DNA of 64,000 nt. It comes from Octopus sinensis (lineage: Eukaryota). This document shows positions 23,675 through 37,206 of this stretch, piece by piece. Every line of letters begins with the position of its first letter. Position 1 is the stretch's first letter. Under the pieces are notes generated by a model, which was not told the DNA's origin, did no database searches, and worked only from the letters and a program-made list of their open reading frames with translations. The DNA lies in NCBI RefSeq assembly GCF_006345805.1, contig NC_043013.1, positions 42,098,001 through 42,162,000 of the forward strand. Direction: 5' to 3'. A program made the translations under genes and the position numbers.

Positions 23675-23919
23675 ACAACTTATAAAACAAGGGCAATAGA
23701 AACATTATTTCAATGCCAATATGCTGAGAACAGACTTTAATCGTCATTTCCGCAATACAATATACATTCACTGTAAATACACGTCGTGCTCAAATCGATT
23801 TCAGCACGACGTGTAATTACAGTGAATGTATATTGTAATGTGGAAACTGACGATTTAAAGTCTGTTCTCAGCATATTGGCATTGAAATAATTTTCCTATT
23901 GCCCTTGTTTATAAGTTGT
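23675..23919. repeat. Near-perfect ~245-bp hairpin
   Basis: ~115-bp arms with about 8 differences by eye; 12-nt centre caaatcgatttc. Confidence 0.9.
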
Positions 23920-24849
23920 ATATATATACACACACACACACAGAGGAAAACAGAGGGTTTTTTTAATTATTGACACCCAATGTTTTTATTTAGTACATGG
24001 ATAGTAAATAAAGTACACACACACGAACGAATGAATATATATATATATTATATATATATATATATATATCACCGTGACCGACCAGGCTATCAGATGTTGC
24101 TACACATCGCTGGTCACAATGCGCTTCGCATTGTTTTAAGCTTCAAAATACGCCACCCCACTGGCTAAGCGAGCAGGCCAATATATATGTGTGTGTCTAT
24201 GTATAGTCAGTAAATCATAAATCTGGAAGTTATGACAGTACACACTTGTCCAGTGTGACGTGCAGTGTGATTGAACCCGAAAGCCATGTGGTTGGGAAGG
24301 CAACGTCTTACCCCACGCAACTATGTTTTGCACAACCAAGTCGTTGAACCAAATTTGTGTCAACGCGTTTTCAACCCAACCTTTTAATTGAGGTTTAGCA
24401 GGACGGAAATTTATGAGAGGGCCCGCACTTGTGATTCAAAGCGGATGAGTTAGCTTTGTTCGTTCATTCATACACTTTGTCATACTGATCCTGTCTGAGA
24501 ATTACACAAATGGTACGAGTGCCTTTGGAATATTCAACCACTTACGCTATAGTTCTACAAATAGAAGAGAGCAGCTGATCCAACAACTGGAATATTATTC
24601 GACAAAACCATCGGTGATCCATTTGCTAACATATATGCACATGCATGCATGCACACATACACATGTACATACATATATATATATATGTATATATGTATAT
24701 ATATATATGTATATATGTATATATTGATAGATACTGGTAAGTGCGTGTGGGTGTGTATACACACACGCACATCAGTTCCAACAACGATAATTCTCATCAA
24801 GACTGTCTCTGAGATCCTTATATATATATATATGTACAACTACATATAT

Positions 24850-25218
24850 ATATCTTCATATATGTAATATATATATTATATATATATATATATGTATGTA
24901 TATATATATATACATAGTATACATACATATATATACATACGTATATATATATATATTATATATATATACATACATACATATATATATATATATACATACA
25001 TATATATATATATATACATACATTCATATATAATACATACATATATATATATATAATACATATATATTATATATACATACATACATATATATATACATAC
25101 ATACATATATATATAGACATACATATATATATATTATATATATATATTTTTATTTATATATATTATTATACATACATACATATATATATTATATACTACA
25201 TATATTATATATTATAAC

Positions 25219-25262
<44 letters not shown>

Positions 25263-25995
25263 TATACATACGCGCAACATCTTGTACATGTGTGTAATTA
25301 CATTATATATATATATATGTGTGTGGTGTGCATTAAACTCATACATATTTTTATACATATATGCCTGTGTATATATATATATATGTGTGTGTGTGTGTGC
25401 GTGTGCATACACACAGACACGCGCGCGCGTACTCCATCAAAGTATTAGCTCTAATCTTTCATCTTTATATACTTCCAGTGTTTTTCAACTCTTTCGCTTT
25501 CTTCTTCTTCATCTCTTATCGTTTCCACCTTTTTTTTTTACTTTCTCGTCCACCTCCTCTCCCTTCCTTATTTCGTTTCCCACCTGCTCTCCACCGTCCA
25601 TCACCACCACCACCACCACCACCTGCTCTCCACTGTCCATTGCCACCACCACCACCACCAGCTTCTCGTCCTTCTCCTCCTTCTTCTCCCCCTTCACTAC
25701 ATCTATATCCATGCCATCTTCAGCTACTTCATCTAAATCCCCCTCCACACACACATACACACACACAAACGCACTACTCCTTCCTCTCCACCCCCCTAGT
25801 ATCTTATCTTACATATGTAATGTTTGTGTTGTTTGGGAGATGTTTCCTTACTTTGATAGAGTTGAGTCAGTTCATTGTTATTAAAACACATACTCACACA
25901 CACACACACACACACTCTCTCTCTGTCTTTGCCTCTTTTAACTTTTCTCTTTCTGTCTCTCTCTCTCTCTCTCCCCCCATCTTTGCCTCTTTTAT

Positions 25996-26030
<35 letters not shown>

Positions 26031-26480
26031 ATGTATATATATATGTATATATATATATATATATGTGTATATGTATATCTATATATATATAATGTGTATA
26101 TGTATATATATATGTGTATATGTATATATATATATATCTATATATATATATGTGTATATGTATATCTATATGTGTATATGTATATATATATCTATATATA
26201 TATATATGTATATATATATCTATATATATAATGTGTATATGTATATATACCCCTTTCTTTCCCTCTTTACACTTTCTCTTTCTCTCTCCCTTTCCCTCTT
26301 TCTCCCATTCTCACTTATTCTTTACCCTGTTCTTCTTCATTTCCCTCTCTCTTCCCTCTCTTTTCCACTCTTCTCTGTTTCTCAGTCTCTCCTACACTAT
26401 CACTCTTTCTCAATCTTACTCTCTCCCTCACTCTCCGCTTCTCACTTTCTTTTTTTGTCAAATCTCAGTCTCTCCTTCTC
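24850..26480. repeat. (TA)n/(TACA)n/(CT)n/(CCA)n microsatellite complex
   Basis: Direct inspection. Confidence 0.95.
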
Positions 26481-28068
26481 TAGTTCTCCATATCTCTCCA
26501 TCATAAGAAAGACATTTTTTTGTTAAGAATTCTTCAATATTTTTTTCGCCTCTTTTTGCCCTTCCCTGCTTCCCTATCTTCTCAGTTTGTTCTTTCATTA
26601 GTTCCCTGTACTTGATGGGCAGATCATTATCAAGATTTATTGCTACATTTATTGCTGGATGTTTTGTTTTTTTCCTGTTTTCCGCCTTTGTTGTAAATGG
26701 ATACTTGAAATAGTCGGATGGCTTGTACCCACACTGATCAAAAAATCCCGATGTTTTAACTCAAGCAGTAAAGCTGCAGAGTTGCTCTTCTCAAGGAGAA
26801 AAAAAAACCCTTGTTTCGCTTCATTTCTTGCTAGCAAACCAATATCTCTTTGTCAGAATCACTGGAGCTGACTTTAATAATGAATTTTAATAACGTAGAC
26901 AAACCCTTCCCTCCCCCACACTTCAACAAATAGGAGTAGTGAGGTGGGGGAGAGGAGAGAAAGGAGGAGGTATAGCTTTTATCTTTGCTTTCGCTTGTTT
27001 CAGTCACTGTACTGTGGCCATGCTGGGGTACCACCATGAAGCATTCTTAGTTGACGATATTTCCATCCCCACCCTGGTTCTTTTTTTAGTTTTTTGAAAG
27101 AAAAAGTCTGGTACTTATTCCATCGATCACTTATGCCGAACTGCTAAGTCATGAGGACATAAACCACCACCAGTTTCCAAGCCGTGATGGGAGACAAATA
27201 CACACACGCATATATATATATATGTGTGTGTCTGTCTCTGTGTTTGTCCCCCCCCCCCATCATCACTTGACAATTACTGTTGGTGTGTTTACGCCCCTGT
27301 AACTTAGCGGTTCGGCAAAAAAGATAGAATAAGTACTAGGCTTTAAAATAAGTCCTGGGGTCGAATTGTTCAACGGAAACACTTCAAGGCGGTGCTCTAA
27401 CATGGCCGCAGTAAAACGACTGAAACAAGAAAAAGAATAAAAGTACATACCTGTACATAGAAGTGTGTGTGGTGTTTGCATACAATCTTACAAAACTTTA
27501 TACACTTTGGATGCTTTATTTTTTTATTTTTTGTTTTTCTTAAGTGTTAAAAATTTACTTGGAGGTTGGGCAAGTGTTTTTTTTTTTAGTATAGCCCTAG
27601 GCTGATCACTGCCTTTGTAAGTGAATTTAGTTGTTAAACACTATATAGAAGATCATCATATACTATGTACACACACACACACACACAAACATTGTGTGTC
27701 ATTGTGCTTGTCTTCCACACCACTCAGCTTAACAACTGGCGTTGGTTTGTTTACATCCCCATAACTTAGCAGCTTGGCAAAAGAGACTGATAGAGTGAGT
27801 AGCAGATTTTAAAAAAGATTTTTTTAAAATAAGTTCATGGAGAGATGAAAAGGGTGAGGTTGACCTTAGTGAGTTTCGAACTCCGAACATCAAAGTGACC
27901 ATATTTAATACTGTCTGACATTTAGTCTAGTCTGCCACTTAAGAGCGTAATTCAATTTTCCAATATTAAAATTTATTTTCTGAATGAATAATTGAAAAAT
28001 TGAATTTAAGCTACTGAAATGAAATAAAATAAAGTAAAATGGTTTTTTTGTTTTTCCTACACATATTA

Positions 28069-28101
<33 letters not shown>

Positions 28102-28545
28102 CTCACCTCCTCCCCTTTGTCCAATCTCTTTTTCTTGCTCATATCCTTCTATTCCTCCCTCTCTCTCCCTCCCTCCCTCCCCCCTCTCTCTCTCCCACTC
28201 TACTCCTCCTACATCCACTTCACTCTAACATAACTCATTTGTTTCCACAATGTCCAGACTGCCATAAGTCTTGGACTAATTATCCAAACTCCTAGGACTG
28301 TTTCACAAGCATTTCTTTCAGCACTACTTCTTACTCCAACCACGACCACCACCGTAACCACCACCAACACTACTACATCACTCTACATGCAAACTCTCCC
28401 ACCACAAATTAGATTTATGTTTGCAGCAAGTATCTGGAATGTTTCTGTTGGTTGGAGGAAATAAGTTCATGGCATTCATGCTTTTACCATTATAGCTGGA
28501 ACATGTTCTTGTTGTTGGAATTATTTTAAAAAATACTTGTATTTA

Positions 28546-29111
28546 TCGGGTTGTCCAGAAAGTTTGTGCCGAATTTTAAAGGAAAGAAGAAGGTCAATAA
28601 ATACTTGCCATTACATTTTTAATCAACCAAATATGAACTAATTTGTTGCGCAATGCATCTCCATCTTTCCTTTAACTTGAAAATACCCTCTTCCCAGAAT
28701 TGGGGTGGTTTCATGGCAAAGAATTCATCAAGGTAACTTTTTACGTCATCCAAAGAATTGAAATTTTTACCATTAAGACTATTCTGCAGAGACCTGAATA
28801 AGTGGAAGTCTGAAGGAGCAATATCTGGTGAATATGGAGGGTGGGGTAACACATCCCAGCCGAGCTGCAGCAATTTTTGTCTGGTTCCCAAAGCATCAAG
28901 TGCCGGAAATGAGCTTTCTTATCTTCCATTTTAAAGGGTTACAGAATTAACACAGGTTATAGAAACATAAATCTTCTTCCACGAAAAGATAGCTTAAAAT
29001 GTGCTCTAAATGGAGGTGTAGTCAAATCCTATTTTATGCACTCAACCATGTTCTAGAATAAGTCGAAAGGTAAGCTACTATAAATGGGCACGAACTTTCC
29101 GGACAATCCTA
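28546..29111 (-). mobile_element. Mariner (DD34D-type) internal-deletion derivative
   Basis: TA-flanked ~28-bp imperfect TIRs (TCGGGTTGTCCAGAAAGTTTGTGCC vs TAGGATTGTCCGGAAAGTTCGTGCC). N-terminus MEDKKAHFRHLML is fused to the C-terminal GWDVLPHPPYSPDIAPSDFHLF segment. Confidence 0.9.
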
Positions 29112-29223
29112 TACAATATGCTTTAAACATGGAGAGAAGATAGATCTATTACGTGTGTATGTATATGTATGTGTGTGTATGTATGTATATATATATATGT
29201 ATGTGTGTATGTATGTATGTATG

Positions 29224-29254
<31 letters not shown>

Positions 29255-29350
29255 ATATATATATATGGATATGTATACTATATATATATATATGTATATA
29301 TATATATTATATATATATATATATATATAGCTTAAAAGAAATGTAAAATA

Positions 29351-29486
29351 AAACCAAGGCAGGAAAAATATCTCAGGTCATTTATAATATTTAATTAGAG
29401 GTGAATCAAAAAACGAGACTTCTTATGATTCACCTTACTCTAATTAAATATTCTGAATGACCTGAGATACTTGTCCTGCCTTGTTT
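29351..29486. repeat. Hairpin with ~58-bp arms
   Basis: caaggcaggaaaaatatctcaggtcatt...gtgaatca / tgattcacc...aatgacctgagatacttgtcctgccttg; 17-nt spacer. Confidence 0.85.
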
Positions 29487-29617
29487 TGCTTTCCGTTTCC
29501 TTTAATATACACCTGCTGACTCAGAAGCCTACTAAGGATGACCAATTATAGCACTTACGCAGCATACCTGTTGGTTTAGATCATCAGTGAACTAAACCCT
29601 TCATAGTCTTTAAATAA

Positions 29618-29657
<40 letters not shown>

Positions 29658-30509
29658 GCATATTATGTTGACTGTGCTGGTTCTCATCCAATTACCTAAG
29701 TTAAACAACACCAAGCCTAGTTAGATGGGTGACCACTAGGGAGACTGAGGTGCTGTAAGCATCTTACACCACTAGCAGTGCCCCAGCATGGTCACAGTCT
29801 TATGGCTGAAACATGTAAGAAAATTTTTAAAAATAAGGTCTTGTGAGAGTAGAAAGATAAAATATTTCCAATGTAGCACTCAACTTGAGCATTAGGCTAA
29901 CTACACTGTCGGATTCCACACACACACACAGACACACACACACACACACACACACAACTGTCTTCCACACAGCTTCTGCCTGCCAAATTCACTCACAAGG
30001 CATTAGTTGGCCCTGGGCCTTATCAGAAAATACATGCCCTAAGTGCCACAGTTGCAAAGCAAGCTCCTTAACCACACAGCCAACCCTCTGTGTGTGTGTG
30101 TGTGTGTGTGCACATAAATACACATCTTAAAAAAGGAAACAGTATCAAACAAGTCACTTAGTTTGTGATGTTTACCGGATCAATTAGTTACAATTGATCT
30201 TTTATTTAAGATCGTTACGTTGTTTATTAATACATATTAAGCTGTCATATATTAATTAACACTCAATGAAATTGATTCTCTACAGGCAGTTGTTTATAGT
30301 TTGACCGCATAAATTTTATTGAGACCATAAAAATTAGAGGTTTTATACATTTATAATTCATTTCATTAGTTTGTCGTGTTCCATGTCCACTCCACCTTTT
30401 TTGGAGTAAAGAAAATTACAGAGGACAATCAACATTAAGTTTAAAGCAGAAAAAGGACTGTTTTCCCTCTACAAGTATAAAATTGTAGTAGCAGAAAAAT
30501 TTTGGATTT

Positions 30510-30892
30510 GGAAGCACTCCGTCGGTTACGACGACGAGGGTTCTGGTTGATCCGATCAACGGAACAGCCTGCTCGTGAAATTAACATGTAAGTGGCTGAG
30601 CACTTCACAGACACGTGTACCCTTAACGTAGTTCTCGGGGATATTCAGCGTGACACAGAGAGTGACAAGGCCGGCCCTTTGAAATACAGGTACAACAGAA
30701 ACAGGAAGTAAGAGTGAGAGAAAGTTGTGGTGAAAGAGTACAGCAGGGATCACCACCATCCCTGCCGGAGCCTCGTGGAGCTTTTAGGTGTTTTCGCTCA
30801 ATAAACACTCACAACGTCCGGTCTGGGAATCGAAACCGCGATCCTACGACCGCGAGTCTGCTGCCCTAACCACTGGGCCATTGCGCCTCCAC
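30510..30892 (-). mobile_element. tRNA-derived SINE family D; young CpG-rich copy
   Basis: Head ggaggcgcaatggcccagtggttagggcagc...tttcgattccc on -. An older copy lies at 56190-56575(-) and partial copies at 50600-50995. Confidence 0.85.
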
Positions 30893-33800
30893 AGCAGAAA
30901 AATACTTGTTAGTGAACATTTGGATAAGTGCAACAAATAAACACCTGAATTACTAAGTTTTGCCATTGTAGTAACAATGTGTTGACAATATTGCTGATCA
31001 AATACAGATGAATAAATAAAGTGTATTTATCAAGAAATACAAACCATACCTAAATAGATTGCAACTATTTAATGTAAAAGAACGAGAAAATGTAGAAGGG
31101 TGAAAGGACTTTGAGTGCAGTCTTTTTCTACATTTACCCAGGTATAGCATTGAACAACTTTGCAAAAATCGTGTTTCTAAAACAACAAATCAGAGTAATA
31201 CATTTGGCAGTGATTGTTGAAAGACAGTTATTGCTATTTGATTTGTAATTTTCCACCCTGTTTTTCTTTATGCAGCTACCGTTACATAAAGTAAGATACC
31301 ATTAGCATTATTTATTTTGCAACATTCATGATTATGGCAACATTGTGAAACTTGATGGCATAATGTTAATAGATATACATTAAAGGATTTCAAGTGCACT
31401 TTCAACTTCATTTTTTCATATTTTTACTTGTGTGGAAGATTATATATTCTTTGTGTGTGTGTGTGTGTTATCTGTACATATATAGTAAGAGAGAGGGGAT
31501 CTGATAATCCAGACACTTTCACAAATAGCTGCTATTCAAATTTGTATGAAGGAGAACATCTTTCACAGACATCTACGTTAGATCAAACAGAAAATTCAGA
31601 AGAATGTATCAGTCCAATCTGTCTGTTGTTGAAATTTTAGAAATTTTAGCATTAGCTCCCTCCTTCAAGAATCTGGAGACAAACTCTTTCTAGATTATCA
31701 AGTTCTTCCTATATAAATGAAAAGCAAAAAGAAAAAAATTGTAACTGCTTACAAACCATATAGTTCCAGGTTCAGTCCCACCGCAAAGCACCCTGGGTGA
31801 GTGTCTTCTACTATAGCCTCGGGCTGACCAAAGCCTTGTAAGTGGATTTGGTAGACGGAAACTGAAAGAAGCCCGTCGTATATATGCATATATGTGTGTG
31901 TGTGTATGTTTGTGTGTCTGTGTTTGCCCCCCCCCCCCCCAACATCACTTGACAACTGATGCTGGTGTGTTTATGTCCCCGTAACTTAGCAGTTCGGCAA
32001 AAGAGACCGATAGAATAAGTACCAGGCTTACAAAGAATAAATCCTGGGGTTGATTTGCTCGACTAAAGGCAGTGCTCCAGCATGGCCACCGTCAAATGAC
32101 TGAAGCAAGTAAAAGAGTTAAACAGTATATTATATTCATTCATTCAGTTATGACTCTGTGTAAGGAACTCCTTATGTAATATGCTTTATATAATGGACAC
32201 AACTATATTATTATTCTCATCCATACATTCCATCAATGAAACAAGTGTACATCATGGAATAAATGTAACTACCAGCCACTCCATTCTTCACTTATTATAT
32301 ATGCATGCAGCCAGGAGAATGTACAGTACTCAATAGTGTATATGTGCATATTAATGTTTATTACTATCTAAACATGGGTGTTACCTAAGAACAGGCAATA
32401 TTGCTATTTAACCACAGGAAGACACCTCCTCCAGCTGGTTATTCAGTTCACTTCGCACTCGATATACATTGCAAGTGGGGAGAGGACTCCCTACTATTCC
32501 GGCAATTGAGACCACCAGACTGCACTGTTTCAACCTTATTATGATTTTCCTCAATGATGCATACTCGTCTGCTAGACATAGTAGTAGCTCACTCCAGCTT
32601 GCTTTCATCTCTTATAGAGATTTTTTTCATTTTTACATTCGGAGATCAAATTCTGCCAAAGTCAACTTTGCCTTTCATCCTTTCAGGGTCAATGAAATAA
32701 GTACCAGATGCAGTCAACTAATCTCTCCCCACAAATTTTAGGCCTTGTGCCTTTAGTACAAAGGGTTATTATTTTCAGGGGCATCATTCTATCTTCTCTC
32801 AAACACTCCCAACCTACTCACCTCTCTTCTTACTATTATGTAATGCTATATATCCTCATATATGTGTGTGTGTGTGTGTGTGAACAAGGCTTGACTGACA
32901 CCTATTTTATTGACCCTGAAAGGGATGTAAGGTAAAAATAATCTTAGGGATTTGAACTCAGAACGTAAAACCGTAAGAAATGCTGAAAAGGATTTTATCC
33001 AGCCTGTTCACAGTTCTGCCAATTCACCACCTTACCATTAATAATAATAATAATCCTTTATACTATAGGCACGAGGTCTGAAATTTTGCTGGGGAGAGGA
33101 CTAATCGATTACATTGACCCCAGTGCATAACTGGTACTTATTTCATCAACCCTGAAAGGATGAAAAGCAAAGTCAACCTTGGCTGAATTTGAACTCAGAA
33201 TGTAAAGGTAGATGAAATACTGCAAAGCATTTTACCTGTGGTGCTAACAATTCTGCCAGCTCACCACCTTAATAATAATAATAATAATAATAATGGCTTC
33301 AAATTTTTCCACAAATGCAGCATTCTTGAGTGAGGGGATGAGTCAATTACACTAATCCCAGTGCTCAACTGGTACTTATTTTATTGACCCCTAAAGGATG
33401 AAAGGCAAAGTCGTCCTTGGCAGAATTTGAACTCAGAACGTGAAGATGGACGAAATACCACCAAGCATTTTTCCCCAACATGCTAACAATTGTGGCAGCT
33501 CACCACGTTACCATTAATAGTAATTATTATCATTTCTGACTTTGGTACAAGGCATACATTTTTTGAGGGGAGGAGTCAAATTGATTACATCAACTGCAAT
33601 GTTCAACGTATATTTATGCTATCAATACCCAAAAAATAAACATTAATGGCTTTAATCTCACCATTCTTGAAGGATCTGCGAAAGTTGTGAGCTCTGCCCC
33701 TTCTTTCAAACCTAGCAACTAAAAACAAACAAAACAAAAATCACTATAGTATTTCATTTCTGAAACTATATTGTTGCTTAATTAAACGAGTTGCTATGTA

Positions 33801-36319
33801 GAACAGTTCAGCTTTGTACTTCATCAGCCCATCTCCAATAGCCTGAGGCCACAATTTAGTTTATAGAAAACTAGTACCTAAATATCTTCAATAATTTGAA
33901 AGATAATGAATTCAGCAGTGAATGTAAATTGAGCCATATAATAGATTAAATTATATTCTATTAATTATTCTATTGATCTATTATTCAATTTAATATTTAA
34001 TGGAGATTAGAAAAATACATTGTGGAAAAGCAAATATAAAATGACAAAAAGTTTATGAAAATAATATTAAAAAAAAAAAATAGACGCAAGAAATTCTTAA
34101 TAAATTGATTTGAAATAAAAATTTTCCAAAAATATCTACCAATTTTTGTTGTTGTTTCCTGTGTAAACAGGAATCTCCGCTTCCACCCTCTCCACTTTCG
34201 AAATTCATAGCCTTTTTTAAAGAGTAAATAGTAGTTTCAAAACTGGGAAAGAAAAATACAAAAACAAAAAAAAAAAATTAGTGCCCATATAAGGATAATA
34301 GTTGTCTTTTAGTGAAATATTTTAGTAGTTTTTGAACGGAAATTATCTCAAGAGTAGTTTTTGTTTTCTTTTAAATGTAACCATTTAAAGAGAAAGGTTA
34401 CTAGATATAATTGTATGTGAGCACCCTCTGGTCTGGGGTAACATATGTACACATTGTTAATACTGGGAATTTAAAGAGGACAGAACTAATAATTCGATGC
34501 CGGCATGATTGGGAGGCTTGCTTTGCAACCAGGTATTTTCAGGTTCAGTCCTACTGCACAGCACCCTGGGCAAGTATCTTTTGTTATTATTACTCTTGGG
34601 CTGACAAACAAGTTGTGAGCAAATTTCATAGATGGAAATTGTGTGGAAGCTTGTCATGTGTGTTTGTGGTTGGACACTCCCTCATCCACCCCTGCCACCA
34701 CTTGACAACAGTGTTACTTACTTTACATTTGCATAACTTAGCAGTTTGAACAACAGAAACTGATAGAATAAATATCAGACTTAAGAAATAATAAGATTAT
34801 TACTGAGTTTCATTTATTCAATTAAAACCCTTCAAGTTGGTGCCCCAGCATGGTTTGCCTTTGAGAAGAAGACTGTCCATACCAGCTGAAATTCCATGTC
34901 CGGTAGATTGGTCATATATAACAAATACATCAAATTAAAGAGTGGAATTTATATAATTAACTTTAATTAAAGATAATACCATAAAAACCAACCTTTGATT
35001 TAATATATTTAATGTATGAAGGCTGCTCTCAAAATGCTGAGCCTTACAAAGGAGATGACAGAGGGCTGAGATATGTGGTGCATTGCTGTACTCAAATGGT
35101 CCCGCCCACCACAACAGAATTGAGATCCTAAAACCAAGATGCCACGGAAAAAACATTGGTGTGGGTGCTGGTACCACATAAAAAGCACCCAGTACACTCT
35201 GTAAAAGTGGTTGGCATTAGGAAGGGCATCCAATTGTAGCAACCTAGCTTGAACAACAGACTATGGAATCTGGTGCAACCCCTGGCCTTGCTACTCCCTA
35301 TCCATGTGTCGTCCTTGTTTGTCCCCTCTGTGTTTAGCCCCTTCTGGGCAGTGAAGAAATAGGTATTTTGTCTGTCTTTACATTCTGAGTTCAAATTCCA
35401 CCGAGGTCGACTTTGCCTTTCATTCTTTCGGGGTCGATAAATTAAGTACCAGTTGCATACTGGGGTTGATCTAATCGTCTGGCCCCCTCCCCACAAAATT
35501 TTGGGCCTTGTACCTAGAGTAGAAAAAAATTATAGAAGACTCATGTCAAAGGTGCTGTACAGTAGACTAAACTCAAAACCACATAATTGCTAAGTGAATA
35601 TCTTAACTACAGAACCATGCCTGTGCTTATATCACTGAAAAAATCATTAAAAATTTCTTAATTAATTTTCAAAATAGAAACACATAGGCAGTGTGATTCA
35701 TTAGTAATATGATCACAGAAGTGTTAAGGGAGAATAGCGCTAGTTTTGGACTGGTCTTGTCTTTCCTTCTTTTTTCTCCTTTTATCCCCTACCTTTAGGA
35801 TATATAGCATTACATAATGATAAGATTTTTTTCCAATGTCAATATATCAAACGAGATAAAGTAATTACACTCAGATACTTGTTAAAGTTAACGAAGAAGA
35901 GTGTATAATATGAGCAATTAATTAATTAATCTAATGCTCTTTTAATCTGATAAATTGTGCAAAACTGCTTTAAGTATCTTAACTTTAAGATAAACTGCCA
36001 TAACTTTGGTTCAAAGTATACACCTGGCACCATAGTTATGATCAAATTTCTTCACATAGCTGTTTGTTTGTTTTTTTCTTTTTTCTTTTTCTACCAGATT
36101 CTTTTCCTACCACAGCTTTTCTTTTTAAACTCTTTGATTAACAGATATCCATCTAATGTATTATCTATGCAGGTTTTTGCAACATCCTCAGTACTTAAAG
36201 ATTCCACCGGAAATAAGATTTACCCAAAGAACACCCACGCTTATTACTCTTCGTTTTTTTGTGGGGGGTTTTCATCAGCTGATAACACAGAAAATTACAT
36301 CATGTTGCTCAAAGTAAAA

Positions 36320-36600
36320 GGACATCCAGTGGCACATAAAAGTACATTAGATGACATATAAATGTACATGTGGTGGCATATAAAAGTACATGTGATGACA
36401 CAAAAGTACATCTAGTAGCACAAAAATATATATTTGATGGGACATATAAAATATCATGCAAAGCACATTTTGTAGGACATAAAGCTTGTGGGTCATCACA
36501 CTGTATCTTTTGGTAGTGAAAGTATTTTTGGTGAAACATAAAAGTACATCTGGTGGACATATAGAGTACATTTTGTAGAACATAAAAGTACGTCTGGTGA
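36320..36600. repeat. Degenerate ~21-bp minisatellite (cataaaagtacatctggtgga)
   Basis: About 10 diverged tandem units. Confidence 0.75.
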
Positions 36601-37206
36601 CTGACCAAAGTCTATAGATGCTGACATAACCGTGTAGTTACGAAATTCACTTCCCAACCACATGGCTGTGGGTTCTGTCCTTATTTCTTTATTGCCCACA
36701 AGGGGCTAAATGTAGAGGGGACAAACAAGGACAGACAAAGGGATTAAGTTGATTACATTGACCCCAGTGCGTAATTGGTACTTAATTTATCGACCCCGAA
36801 AGGATGAAAGGCAAAGTTGATCTCGGCGGAATTTGAACTCAGAACATAACAGCAGACGAAATACCACTAAGCATTTCGCCTGGCATGCTAACGTTTCTGC
36901 CAGCTAACAGCCTTATAGAACCTGTGAGTTCTGTCCTACTGTGCAATACCTTGAGCAAGTGTCATCTGCTATAGCACCAGGCTGACCAAAGTGTATATAT
37001 GCAGACATGGCTGTGCAGTTAAGAAATTTGCTTCACGACCATATGGTTGTGGGTTCTGTCCCAAGTAGATGACTGGTACTTAATTTATTGACTCAGGAAG
37101 GACAAATGGCAAAGTCAACTTCGGCAGAATTTGAACTCAAAACATAAAGATGGACAAAATACTGCTAAGCATTTTGTCCAACTTGCCACCTTATTAACAT
37201 CTATAA

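Noticed and set aside
26440-26760. ~105-codon stop-free frame on - (GYKPSDYFKYPF...KYRELMKEQTEKI)
   Set aside because: No start, no recognisable homology, and the purine-rich strand is expected to lack stops. Not excluded, but unsupported.
31428-31640. 70-aa ORF with hydrophobic start
   Set aside because: No ATG, the hydrophobic part is a (TG)n repeat, and there is no good donor.
36098-36313. 216-nt phase 0-0 candidate exon after a strong polypyrimidine tract
   Set aside because: The translation does not resemble a xylosyltransferase N-terminus and the donor is weak; it might be a UTR exon but cannot be supported.
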